From the NCBI GenBank assembly GCA_012514975.1, contig JAAYZF010000159.1, positions 1-55,625 on the forward strand: a stretch of 55,625 bases of DNA, read 5' to 3'. This DNA is from a bacterium. GTDB taxonomy: Bacteria > Auribacterota > UBA3054 > JAAYZF01. The position numbers were made by a program, and so were the translations under genes. Below the pieces are notes generated by a model. It worked only from the letters and a program-made list of their open reading frames with translations. It was not told where the DNA came from and did not search any database. This document shows positions 17,049-26,146 of the stretch, piece after piece (position 1 is the stretch's first letter; each line of letters begins with the position of its first letter).

Positions 17049-18713
17049 TCAGACATTCACGATCTCGTATGAATAGCCCTGCTCGGTGAGGAACAACTGG
17101 CGTTTCATCGCGAACTCCTGCTCGCTGGTGTCATGGGAGACGAGGGTGTAGAAATGCGCCTGGTTGGCCCCGGGCTTCGGCCTGAGGATGCGGCCGAGGC
17201 GCTGCGCCTCCTCCTGGCGCGAGCCGAACGTGCCGCTGATCTGGATGGCGACATTCGCATCAGGCAGGTCGACGGCAAAGTTGCCGACGCGGGAGACGAT
17301 GAGCGTGGTGATCTCGCCCCGCCTGAACCTGCCGTAGAGTTCCTCGCGCGCGCCCTGCGGCGTCTGGCCGGTGATGAGCGGCGCGCCGAGCTCCTTTGCC
17401 AGGGCACGGAGCTGGGTGAGGTACTGGCCGATGATGAGGATGCGGTCGCCCTTGTGCGTGTCGAGCAGCGAGCGGATGACGGCATGCTTCGCCTGGTTTT
17501 CCGAGGCAATGCGGAAGCGGACGCGGTCGCCTGCGACGGCATAGTCGAGCCGGTCGTTTTCGCTGAGCGGGATGCGAATTTCCGTGCATGACGCCTGGGC
17601 GAGCCATTGCTGCGCTTCGAGCTCCTTCCACGGCATGTCATAGCGTTTCGGGCCGATGAGGCTGAAGACATCGGATTCCTTGCCATCCTCGCGGATGAGG
17701 GTGGCGGTAAGGCCAAGGCGCCGTCGCGCCTGCAGGTCTGACGTGATGCGGAAGACGGGCGCGGGAAGCAGGTGCACCTCGTCGTAGACGATCAACCCCC
17801 AGTCGCGCTTGCCGAACAGGTCGAAATGCGGGAAGACTTCCTCGTTCTTGTCGGGGCGGTACGTGAGAATCTGGTAGGTGGCGAGCGTGATGGGCGCAAT
17901 GCCTTTCGTTTCGCCCGAGTACTCGGCGATGTCCCCGGGTGCGAGAGTGGTCTTGTCAAGGAGCTCGTCGCGCCACTGGCGGAGCGCGGTGATGTTGGCG
18001 CTGAGGATGAGCGTGTGGGTCTTCACGCGCGCCATGACGGCCATGCCGACGATTGTCTTGCCCGCGCCGCACGGGAGGACGACAACGCCGCACCCGCCCT
18101 CGACGCCGCCGCCCTGGTAGAAATTGTCCGCGGCGTCCCGCTGGTAGGTGCGCAATGAAAAGGGCGCGCCTCCGGCCGTGGTCGCGCGCAGGGAAATCGC
18201 GAACGGCGTGCCCGCGACGTATCCCGCGATGTCCTTGACGGGAAAGCCGAGCTGGGTGAGCACACGCTTGATCTCGCCGCGGTATTTCTCCGCCACACGG
18301 AACGTCAAGGCATCCGTGTGCGCTTCGACCAGCGGAAGCACCTTGGGATGGCGCGCAAGCTGGCGGGCGAGCAGCGCGTCTGTCGCGCGCAGGTTCAGCG
18401 CGCCGGCCGTGCGTTCGAGCACGAGCCTGCCATACCGCCCCGCGTACTCGGCGATTTCCTGCGAGAGGTTGGCGGGAACGGCGAACTTGCTGAACCGGTC
18501 GAGCGCGGCGATGATCTGCCCGGCCGTCATGCCCGCGGCGGTGGCATTCCAGATCGAGAGAGGCGAGATGCGGTAGGTATGGATATGCTCGGGGCTCTTT
18601 TCGAGCTCGGCGAACTGGGCGAGCTGGTCGCGCGCCTGTTCGTAGAGTGGATTGTCCACCTCGACGAGGACCGAGCGGTCGCTTTGAACGATGAGCGGGT
18701 TGCCGGGGTTCAT
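17049..18713 (-). CDS. xpb: XPB/Ssl2 (ERCC3)-type SF2 DNA helicase
   Basis: 554 aa. XPB-type N-terminal domain (LIVQSDRSVLVEV...YRISPLSIWNA), Walker A LPCGAGKT, DEVH box (YDEVHLL), and a C-terminal helicase lobe. Confidence 0.88.
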   Translation of the reverse strand: MNPGNPLIVQSDRSVLVEVDNPLYEQARDQLAQFAELEKSPEHIHTYRISPLSIWNATAAGMTAGQIIAALDRFSKFAVPANLSQEIAEYAGRYGRLVLERTAGALNLRATDALLARQLARHPKVLPLVEAHTDALTFRVAEKYRGEIKRVLTQLGFPVKDIAGYVAGTPFAISLRATTAGGAPFSLRTYQRDAADNFYQGGGVEGGCGVVVLPCGAGKTIVGMAVMARVKTHTLILSANITALRQWRDELLDKTTLAPGDIAEYSGETKGIAPITLATYQILTYRPDKNEEVFPHFDLFGKRDWGLIVYDEVHLLPAPVFRITSDLQARRRLGLTATLIREDGKESDVFSLIGPKRYDMPWKELEAQQWLAQASCTEIRIPLSENDRLDYAVAGDRVRFRIASENQAKHAVIRSLLDTHKGDRILIIGQYLTQLRALAKELGAPLITGQTPQGAREELYGRFRRGEITTLIVSRVGNFAVDLPDANVAIQISGTFGSRQEEAQRLGRILRPKPGANQAHFYTLVSHDTSEQEFAMKRQLFLTEQGYSYEIVNV

Positions 18714-20899
18714 GTCGTTGATGCGCCTCCTTGCGCCGGTGATGCTGCGCCTCCGGGCGCGCCATGCGCGCCAAGGGGGGTGAAACGGACACGTTGAAGC
18801 CGGCTGGCGAACCCGGCATCGGCGAGCATGGCGACCGCGTCGGGCACCGCGTCGGGCTTGATCACCGCCGTCTCGCTGTCAAGCCTTGCCGCGACAAACC
18901 GGCGCCACGCGCCACGCGAACCGAGCAGCCTGCGTTCGGCAGGGCCGATGCCCGTGGCAAGGGTGACCTCGTTGTCCCGCGGCAACGGCATGAGGCCGAA
19001 GCCAACGAGCAGGTTCAACCGGACATTGAGCGAGAGCGGGCGCCCGGGCAGGCGGCTGAGCCGGTCGAGCGCCTGCTCGGGCTCGTTGCACCGCTTCATG
19101 GCCGCCCAGGAGAGCATCCGGCGCGCACGCTCCGGCGGAGTGACGGCGGCAGCGGGTTCACTGATGGCCTCGGCGACTGCCATCACGCGGAAGTCGCCGT
19201 TCGCAGGAAGGGCCAGTTCGCCCTGCTCGCCGATCTCGATGCCGGCAACGGGCGGCTGGGTGTAATCGACCGGCGTGGCGCCGCTCAGACTCATGAGGTC
19301 CAGCACCGCCTGGTCAGACGCATGCACGAGCGCATGGGATGCGCCGATGCGTGTGACGTCGTGCCCGTGGCACTTGCCGATGAACGCATCGCGCCGGTCT
19401 TCCGTGTCGAACGTGAAGAGGTTTGCATCGCGGTAGAACACCGCGGCGGCGCCGGCGGCGCCCCATTCTTCGAGATGGCGCCGCACGTTCCCCGGCACCG
19501 GATAGGCGGCAGCCTGGTCCATCGCGTCGATCAGTTCAGAGATTGTGTGGCCATGCTGGACGGCGTTCTGGACGGACTGCCTGGAGAAGCGGAAGACGCT
19601 CGCGTTGTCGTCACCGGTGCGCGCGGCGAACACGGTGAGCGCCTGTGACAGCGGGTCCCACGGGCCTGAATGCGTAAGGAGCGCGGTGTAATCGGACTGG
19701 ACGACGAGGCGGCGCGTGTGTTCCACGGCAGGCGTCCGCGCCTGGTCGTGCACGCAAAACGAGCCGAACGCGGTGGGCCGGAATGCGTCCGCGCCCGAGG
19801 CGGTGACGCCCGTCTCGACCACACCCGCGGCCGTGAGCCACGTCCCGACATGCGCGCCCACGATGGCGGCCCATTCGTCATCCTCCGGCAGCGGCTGGTC
19901 GATCCGCGTCCACGTCCAGTCGCGCGGGGCGCCGGCGGCGGAGAAGACGTGCCGGACTCGCCGGGCGATTGCCGCGGCAAGGGCGCGCGTGGGTATCCAT
20001 GCATTCTGCTGCGCGCGCGAGAGCGCGGCCATGATCAACCGGTGCGCCAGGCGCAGGGGTGAGAAGCCGTAGCGGGCGAGGCGCTCGTCGTCGTTGATCG
20101 CCGCGGCAGCATGGAGCAGTGCGACGCGGGCCTGCTCCGCGCGGGTGGCGCGGCGGAACGCTGCGCAGCGGGCCGCGGGGATCACCGTGCCCGTGCTGTC
20201 AACGCGCACGAGGCCCGCGGCGCGCGCGAAGGCAAGAATGGCAGCAGGATGAAGCGGGCTCGCCGCGCCGGGAAGCGGCACGGCAAAACGCTCCTCGAAA
20301 CACCGCAGGGCGCGCACGGTAAGCCGTCCCTCCTGCGTCGTTTTTATTTTCTTCGCCGTGACGCACTGGAAGAACGCCTCGATGAGATCGACAAGGGCCG
20401 GCTGGCGCGCGTGCGGACGCGGCGTCGCCGCCTCCGCGGCAACCGGCGGCGTCATGGGCGCGCCGGGAACGTGCCCGGCGCATTCGGCGAGGGCCGAGGG
20501 CACAAGCGCCAGTTGGTCGTTGTGCGCACGCGTCCAGACGGCGGCGCGGCCGGGCCAGAACCGCGGGTTCTCGATGAAGAGGAGCCCTGCGCGGTGCGCT
20601 TCGCCGACCGCGGCGAGCGTGACATCGTGCCCGGCCGCCGCGGCATCCTCGATCAGCTCTCCGAGCGGGCGCTCGCCGCCGCGGCATGATGCAATGGCAA
20701 GCAGCGCGCGCGCCGCGGGTGTGCACGAGGCGAGCACGGCGGCGCGGCGGCCCGCATCGTGCAGTTGCTCGAAGTACCGGCGCACCTGCGCTTCGCGCCG
20801 CAATCCGCGCGCGGCCGGCGGCAGCCACGCCGCCATCATCGCGCCCAGCGAGCGCGGCACGGTGTCCAGCACGCCTTGAATGACCATGTCACTCGCCAT
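18710..20899 (-). CDS. XPB-associated large protein carrying an internal XPB-N-terminal-like domain
   Basis: 729 aa. ATGA overlap with xpb. Residues ~397-488 (LVVQSDYTALL...FRFSRQSVQNAVQHGHTISELIDAMD...VPGNVRRHLEEWG) visibly parallel the XPB N-terminus. No helicase motor motifs seen. Confidence 0.7.
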   Translation of the reverse strand: MASDMVIQGVLDTVPRSLGAMMAAWLPPAARGLRREAQVRRYFEQLHDAGRRAAVLASCTPAARALLAIASCRGGERPLGELIEDAAAAGHDVTLAAVGEAHRAGLLFIENPRFWPGRAAVWTRAHNDQLALVPSALAECAGHVPGAPMTPPVAAEAATPRPHARQPALVDLIEAFFQCVTAKKIKTTQEGRLTVRALRCFEERFAVPLPGAASPLHPAAILAFARAAGLVRVDSTGTVIPAARCAAFRRATRAEQARVALLHAAAAINDDERLARYGFSPLRLAHRLIMAALSRAQQNAWIPTRALAAAIARRVRHVFSAAGAPRDWTWTRIDQPLPEDDEWAAIVGAHVGTWLTAAGVVETGVTASGADAFRPTAFGSFCVHDQARTPAVEHTRRLVVQSDYTALLTHSGPWDPLSQALTVFAARTGDDNASVFRFSRQSVQNAVQHGHTISELIDAMDQAAAYPVPGNVRRHLEEWGAAGAAAVFYRDANLFTFDTEDRRDAFIGKCHGHDVTRIGASHALVHASDQAVLDLMSLSGATPVDYTQPPVAGIEIGEQGELALPANGDFRVMAVAEAISEPAAAVTPPERARRMLSWAAMKRCNEPEQALDRLSRLPGRPLSLNVRLNLLVGFGLMPLPRDNEVTLATGIGPAERRLLGSRGAWRRFVAARLDSETAVIKPDAVPDAVAMLADAGFASRLQRVRFTPLGAHGAPGGAASPAQGGASTT

Positions 20900-21098
20900 G
20901 GCTCACCACCGACAGGCGTATGCCCGCCTTGCCCATGAGTTTCTCGACCGCGGTGAGAAACCGGTCCTCGATCACCCAGTGAGTCTCATCAAGCCGCACG
21001 AGCACCGCACGGCGGAACGCAGCAGTGGCAAGCAACTGCCGCCGGACGCGTTCATCGCCGACCTGGAGCACGTGGATGCGATGATGAAGCACGGTCAT
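20889..21098 (-). CDS. Small hypothetical protein (69 aa)
   Basis: It exactly fills the gap between two coupled genes: ATGA overlap upstream and an 11-nt overlap downstream. Third-codon positions are mostly G/C, like the neighbours. No recognisable motif. Confidence 0.5.
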   Translation of the reverse strand: MTVLHHRIHVLQVGDERVRRQLLATAAFRRAVLVRLDETHWVIEDRFLTAVEKLMGKAGIRLSVVSHGE

Positions 21099-21889
21099 GG
21101 GTGCGATGGCGCGGATGGCGCGCCCCAGAGTTCGTACAGCGCGATGGCAGCCGCGGCGGTGACGTTGAGCGACCCGACGCCGGCCGCCATGGGAATCGCC
21201 GCGTGCTGAAACGTGTCATCGAGCATCGCGGGCAGGCCGCGCGGCTCGTTGCCGACGACGATGAGATCGATCGCGCCGCCCCGCATGGCAGGCAGCGGCA
21301 CGGCCGCCTCAGCCGACAGGAGCGCCGCGCGCGCCGCATGACACCGCAGCCACGCCAGCGCCGCACCTTCGTCCACTGTGTGCACCACCGTCTCGAACAA
21401 CGCCCCCGCGGTCGCGCGCACCGCCTGTGGATGGCAGAGATCAACGCACGGCCCGACCGCAACGACCGACCTGCAGCCGAATGCGACGGCCGACCTGACG
21501 ATCGTGCCCGCGTTGCCCGGGTCCTGAAGCTGCCAGAGCACAAGCGTTCTGCGCGGCGCGCCCGGCAGCGGAACACCGCCTGGGCGCCGCAGCACGGCCG
21601 CAATGCCCTCGGCGTGTTTCACGCCGCTGATCCTGGCGAAACAGTCGTCGTGCACGCGGACAACCTGTGCGCCGCGCGCAGCCGCACGGGCGGCCAGCCC
21701 GTCCACGTCCGTCGCGCCGGTTGCTAGGACGAGCATCTCGGCCGGCCAGGCGCCGCGGAGGGCCGCATCCGCGACACGCCGTCCCTCGGCCCAGACGAGG
21801 CCGAGGGCGTCGCGGTGCTTGCGCTCCTGAAGCGACGCGAGGGTCTTCACAAGCCGGTTGGCGGGGCTGGTTATTGTGGCAGAGTTCAT
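21095..21889 (-). CDS. TrmH/SpoU-family RNA 2'-O-methyltransferase
   Basis: SPOUT motifs DPGNAGTIVRSA, VVGNEPRGL and SLNVTAAAAIALYEL. The ATG at 21889 overlaps the upstream stop (ATGA). The track ORF extension to 22063 is rejected. Confidence 0.85.
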   Translation of the reverse strand: MNSATITSPANRLVKTLASLQERKHRDALGLVWAEGRRVADAALRGAWPAEMLVLATGATDVDGLAARAAARGAQVVRVHDDCFARISGVKHAEGIAAVLRRPGGVPLPGAPRRTLVLWQLQDPGNAGTIVRSAVAFGCRSVVAVGPCVDLCHPQAVRATAGALFETVVHTVDEGAALAWLRCHAARAALLSAEAAVPLPAMRGGAIDLIVVGNEPRGLPAMLDDTFQHAAIPMAAGVGSLNVTAAAAIALYELWGAPSAPSHP

Positions 21890-23070
21890 TCTATCGCCTC
21901 GCCTGCATACGGGCGCGCGCCGAACGCGCGGGCGAACTGCCGCAGGCGTTCCGACCGGTATTCCGGCCCGCACGCGGCCGCATAGCACTGCCGCGCCGCC
22001 TCGCGCCGGCCGAGCACGTCGTGCATCATGCCCTGACGGAGCAGGGCCCAGCCCTGAATCCACGGTTTGTTTCTGCCGACGGTGGCGGCGATGCCGAAGT
22101 GCGTGAGCGCGGCCTGGTAGTTCGTCTGCGCGATGCGGATGAGGCCGAGCATGTACTGCTGGTCGGCGATCATGCCGTACGCGGCCGGCCGGTCATCGCG
22201 TTGGATGACGGCGAGCGTGTGTGTTGCGGCGGCGAGGGCGTCGCCGGTGCGGCGTGCTCCAAGCATGACGTGCTGTGCGAGGAGGGCGAAGTGGTAGTTT
22301 GCGGGGAAGGCGTTGGTGAGCGCCGCGGCGGCGCCGAGTGCGTGTTCGGCGTCGCTGTCCCACCACGCGGCTGTCGTAAGCGCCGCGCGTGCCTCCGCGG
22401 CGCAATAGCGCGCGTTCGCCGCCGCCTGTTCAAGCCGCTCGCGCCCCTGCTCCCTGTCGGGCGGCAGAACAAGGAACGCGGCAAGCGTCCGCACATACCA
22501 CGGGAGATGCGAGGCGAAATACTGATACGCGCCGAGGACGGCCAGGGCGTCCGTGACGCGCGGCGCATCCGCATGGGCGCGTTCGATGTGCAGCAGCCCG
22601 CGCTTGACAAGCTGGAGCGCTTCGAGCGTGCGGCCTTGGTCGCTGCAGGTGCGCGCCTGGAGAAGGAGGGCCATGCCGAGGAAGAAGCGGACCCACGGGT
22701 CGTCCGCCCTGCGCAGCGAGTCCATGCCGGTGCGCACCGCATCCGCGGCAGCCTGGGCACAGAGCCGTTCGTCATCGGGCGTTGTACCCACGCTCATCAC
22801 GCGGACGAGGGCGGTAAGGGCGAGGCAGACGTACCCGGCGGGATGGTTGCTCGAGAGGCTGATGACGCTGCGAAACGTCGCCTCGGCGGCCGTGAGGTCA
22901 AGGTTGCGCAACTGGCGGAACCCGCTCTCGACGGGTGCCACCACGGCGGGCGGCACGGGCGGTTGCACGGCCACCGCGTCCGCGGCGCCGTACGCCCCGG
23001 CCGCCGGCGCCAGCAGTGCGGCCAGCGCGGCGGCTATGCCCAGATGCGTGTACCGCGCGTGCCGGTGCAT
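21886..23070 (-). CDS. Secreted TPR-like repeat protein (hypothetical)
   Basis: Signal-peptide-like N-terminus (LGIAAALAALLAPAAGAYGA). The helical repeat composition is rich in A/L/R/Y. Its ATG directly abuts the rpoN stop (TGAATG). Confidence 0.6.
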   Translation of the reverse strand: MHRHARYTHLGIAAALAALLAPAAGAYGAADAVAVQPPVPPAVVAPVESGFRQLRNLDLTAAEATFRSVISLSSNHPAGYVCLALTALVRVMSVGTTPDDERLCAQAAADAVRTGMDSLRRADDPWVRFFLGMALLLQARTCSDQGRTLEALQLVKRGLLHIERAHADAPRVTDALAVLGAYQYFASHLPWYVRTLAAFLVLPPDREQGRERLEQAAANARYCAAEARAALTTAAWWDSDAEHALGAAAALTNAFPANYHFALLAQHVMLGARRTGDALAAATHTLAVIQRDDRPAAYGMIADQQYMLGLIRIAQTNYQAALTHFGIAATVGRNKPWIQGWALLRQGMMHDVLGRREAARQCYAAACGPEYRSERLRQFARAFGARPYAGEAIE

Positions 23071-24618
23071 TCAACCGAATACTTTTCGTTGGCGGGCGTT
23101 GGGAATGCCGAGCGCCTGCCGGTATTTTACCACGGTGCGCCGCGCGACGGGAAAGCCTTCCTGCCGCAGGGCTGCCGCAAGCTTGTCGTCGCTGATCGGC
23201 TGCCGCGTGTTCTCCTGTGCAATCATCTCCTGGAGTTTGGCCTTCACGGCATTGGTCGACACGTCGCCGTGGTCGCCGCCCACAATGGGCGAGCTGAAGA
23301 AATGCCTCATTTCATACAGCCCCTGCGGCGTATCCATGTACTTCTCGTTCACCGTGCGGCTGATTGTGGCCTCGTGGACGCCGACGACATCGGCGATCTC
23401 CTTCATTGTCAGCGGCCTGAGATGCGTGGGTCCTTCATCAAGGAATTCCTTCTGGCGCTCGACGATCGCCTCGCCGACTGCCAGCACGGTGCGTTTGCGG
23501 AACTGCAGGTTGTTGATCAGCAGCTCGCCTTCCTTGATCTGCTGGCGCATGGATGACAGCTCGCGCGGCGGGGCGAGCTTCTGCCTGACCTGCTGGCGCA
23601 CCTTCGGGTTGATCCGCACATACGGGAGCAGGTTGTCGTTCATCTCGACCGCGTAGGATCCGTCGTCGCGCCGCGTCACCACGAGATCAGCCCTGATCGG
23701 CACGGGCGTGTTCGTGCTCAGATCGCGCCCGGGGCGCGGATCGAGCCTTCCGATTTCGCGGACGGCGTCGTTGAGCGCGTCCATCGTCACGCCGAGCCCG
23801 TGCGTGATGCGCTCGCGCCGGTTGTGGAGCAGGTCCTGATAGTGTTCCTTGATGACCCGGTAGGGAAGCGTGTCTTCCCGGCCGCGGGCGGCCAGTTGGA
23901 TCAGGAGACATTCCTGCAGGTCGCGCGCGCCGATGCCGCGCGGTTCGAACGTTTTGAGGCGGTCGATGCACTGCTGTACGAGCGCGGGGTCTTTCTGGTT
24001 CGCCGCGGCAATCTCCTCGGCTGATTCCTTGAGAAACCCGCTGCTGTCGAGGCTGCCGATCAGATAGTCGAATATCTCGTTCTCGGCGGCGGACAATTCG
24101 AGGCTCATGTACTGCTCGCGCAGGTCGTCAGCGAGCGTCTCGACGGACGGGATTGACTGCAGGCGGTAGGCATATTCCTCGTCTGCCTCCGGCCGGCGTT
24201 CCTGGGAGAGAAGGTCGCGCGCATCGCGCCTCGATCCGGTGTAGTCATTGGACGCGTCGTAATGCTCTTCCCATGACTCGTCGTTCGCCGTCACTTCATC
24301 GAGCTCGCGCTCGCACACCTGCTCGGCGGCGGGCGCCGCTTCGGCGATTCCCCGCGCGTCCTCGGCTACGGACTGGGTGCGCGCCTCCGCCCTGGCCTGC
24401 TGGTCCTGTGTGTCAGGGTCGAACGCCTCGACGTCCCGATTCTCCGTTTCATTCGCCGGATCGTAGACTTCGAGCGCGGGATTGGTCGCGACCTGCTGGC
24501 TGAGCAGGCCCTGCAGCTCCATGGTAGGCAACTGCAGAATCTTCAGCGATTGCTGGAGCTGCGGCGCAAGCACCTGCACCTGCTGCAGGCGCATATCTGT
24601 CGACAACTGGGCGGCCAT
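23071..24618 (-). CDS. rpoN: RNA polymerase sigma-54 factor
   Basis: N-terminal region I (LQQVQVLAPQLQQSLKILQLPTMEL), an acidic region II, an HTH (EIADVVGVHEATISRTV) and the RpoN box ARRTVVKYRQALGIP. Confidence 0.95.
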   Translation of the reverse strand: MAAQLSTDMRLQQVQVLAPQLQQSLKILQLPTMELQGLLSQQVATNPALEVYDPANETENRDVEAFDPDTQDQQARAEARTQSVAEDARGIAEAAPAAEQVCERELDEVTANDESWEEHYDASNDYTGSRRDARDLLSQERRPEADEEYAYRLQSIPSVETLADDLREQYMSLELSAAENEIFDYLIGSLDSSGFLKESAEEIAAANQKDPALVQQCIDRLKTFEPRGIGARDLQECLLIQLAARGREDTLPYRVIKEHYQDLLHNRRERITHGLGVTMDALNDAVREIGRLDPRPGRDLSTNTPVPIRADLVVTRRDDGSYAVEMNDNLLPYVRINPKVRQQVRQKLAPPRELSSMRQQIKEGELLINNLQFRKRTVLAVGEAIVERQKEFLDEGPTHLRPLTMKEIADVVGVHEATISRTVNEKYMDTPQGLYEMRHFFSSPIVGGDHGDVSTNAVKAKLQEMIAQENTRQPISDDKLAAALRQEGFPVARRTVVKYRQALGIPNARQRKVFG

Positions 24619-24657
24619 GTCTCGCGATTCACTCTTGTAGCTGCTATGTTCGCCGCG

Positions 24658-24666
24658 ATTATAGCA
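24658..24666 (-). promoter_or_regulatory. Extended -10 box TGCTATAAT upstream of rpoN
   Basis: Perfect TGnTATAAT on the minus strand, 39 nt upstream of ATG 24618. Confidence 0.5.
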
Positions 24667-24737
24667 AAAATCGCGCCATAGCGCCAGCCTCTGAGCAATT
24701 CAGCGGTTCCGGCGACCGGGCGCTGCGCCATCGTGCG

Positions 24738-24771
24738 CGCGGGAAGCGGCGGGAACCGCGCGATTCCCGCG
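24738..24771 (-). terminator. GC-rich imperfect hairpin immediately downstream of rsmB (no U-tract)
   Basis: CGCGGGAA ... TTCCCGCG outer arms with an inner GCGG/CCGC pairing. Confidence 0.3.
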
Positions 24772-26127
24772 TCATCCCCGCGTGCGCAACAACGCGCAGA
24801 AACCTCCATCGGTGCCCTCCGCGCCCGGCAGCGTCAGCCACTGCTCCACACACACGGCGGCGCCCGTCGCAACGCACGCGTCGACAACGCCCGTGCTCTC
24901 CTCGGGCATGATTGAGCAGACTGCATACACGACATGCCCGCCGGCGCGTGCACACGCGACGGCGGACGAAAGCAGCTTCTTCTGCGCCGCCGCGTGCCGG
25001 CGAATGTCGTCGGGACGCAGGCGCCACCGCACCTCCGGCTTGCGGCGGATGACGCCGGTGTTCGCGCACGGGGCGTCAAGGAGCACCGCGTCGAACGCTC
25101 CCTGGCCGAACTCCCGGGATGCGTCGCGGCCGTCAACGGCGCGCACCTCGACGTTCCGCGCGTGGCACCGGGCAATGTTGCCCCGCAGCGTTTCGAGCCT
25201 CGCGGCTGCGTGGTCGCACGCGGTGATCGAGACCTCGGCACGGTCAGCCATGACAATCGTCTTGCCGCCCGGCGCGGCGCACATGTCGAGCACACGGCAT
25301 CCAGGCCCGACCGGCACGCGCTGCGCCACGGCCACGGACCACGGGTCCATCACGTAGAGCCGCCCCTGCGCGAAGCAGGAGGAGTGAAGGAATTCCTTTG
25401 GTTCGAGCACCTGGAGAATCTTGGCGCCAAACGCGCTCTCGCCGGCAACGCCCGCGGCGGTGAGCGCATAGATCGCGCTGTCCCGCGGCCCGGTGACATA
25501 GGCGTAGAGGCCGGGCCTGGTGTTGTTCCAGGCGAGGATGGCTGCGGCACGCTCAGCGCCGAACTGCCTGACGAGGCGCGCGACGAGCCACGCGGGGTGG
25601 GAATAGACATCCTCGAGCCTGCCGTCGCCCGGCCGCGGCTGTTCAAGCAGGGCCTCGCGCACCAGGCCGCGCAGGACGGCGTTGGCGAAGCCCGTCCATT
25701 TCCGCCCGCCGCGGGCCGCGGCGAGCGCGACGGCCTCGTTGACCGCGGCGAAGACAGGCACGCGTTCGAGGAACGTCATCTGGAACACGGCCGTGGCAAG
25801 AATCCAGCGCAGGCCGGGGTCCATGTCCTTGATGAGCACGGCGCTCTTGCGCGCGATGAGTTTCTCGAGCCAGGTCTTGTGGCGCAGGCAGCCGAAGACG
25901 ATCTCGTGGGCAAAGCCGCGCTCGCGCTCGGGCAGGGCGCACTGGTCGCAGTACGCGAAGAGCGTCTCATCGGCATGGAGTTCGAAGCGATGCTCTTCGA
26001 GCGTGCAGAGCGTGGCCACGGCGGCTGAACGGCCGGTGGGGTGCGCGGGGGAATCTGGCAGTGCGGTGGTCACGCCGGGCGGCACGACTGGTGCGGTGCG
26101 TCGGGGATTTGTGCGGCTTGACGCCAC
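24772..26127 (-). CDS. rsmB: 16S rRNA (cytosine-C5)-methyltransferase RsmB/Sun family
   Basis: NusB-like N-domain followed by the SAM motif DMCAAPGGKT and catalytic DAPCANTGVIRRKPE. Only the C-terminal ~451 codons of track ORF 24772..27156 are used. The start is a tentative GTG at 26127, with GTG 26020 as an alternative. Confidence 0.8.
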   Translation of the reverse strand: MASSRTNPRRTAPVVPPGVTTALPDSPAHPTGRSAAVATLCTLEEHRFELHADETLFAYCDQCALPERERGFAHEIVFGCLRHKTWLEKLIARKSAVLIKDMDPGLRWILATAVFQMTFLERVPVFAAVNEAVALAAARGGRKWTGFANAVLRGLVREALLEQPRPGDGRLEDVYSHPAWLVARLVRQFGAERAAAILAWNNTRPGLYAYVTGPRDSAIYALTAAGVAGESAFGAKILQVLEPKEFLHSSCFAQGRLYVMDPWSVAVAQRVPVGPGCRVLDMCAAPGGKTIVMADRAEVSITACDHAAARLETLRGNIARCHARNVEVRAVDGRDASREFGQGAFDAVLLDAPCANTGVIRRKPEVRWRLRPDDIRRHAAAQKKLLSSAVACARAGGHVVYAVCSIMPEESTGVVDACVATGAAVCVEQWLTLPGAEGTDGGFCALLRTRG

Positions 26128-26146
26128 ATAATGATGGCTCGACGGG

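Noticed and set aside
17049-20899. XPB helicase pair as an anti-phage defence system
   Set aside because: No nuclease, methylase, toxin or mobile-element genes are adjacent. The pair sits in a tightly coupled housekeeping operon behind rpoN with uniform composition. I report it as an uncharacterised repair or transcription accessory pair instead.
21667-23556. 629-aa plus-strand ORF spanning the TrmH, TPR and rpoN region
   Set aside because: It is antisense to three genes with clear signatures (SPOUT motifs, RpoN box). The composition is low-complexity and Arg-rich.
24686-24706. Candidate sigma-54 promoter (GGAACC...TTGCTC) between rsmB and rpoN, and a TGGCAG element at ~33359
   Set aside because: The GG-to-GC spacing is 2 nt too long in the first, and the second has no -12 TTGC. 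I found no convincing TGGCAC-N5-TTGC element in any intergenic gap.
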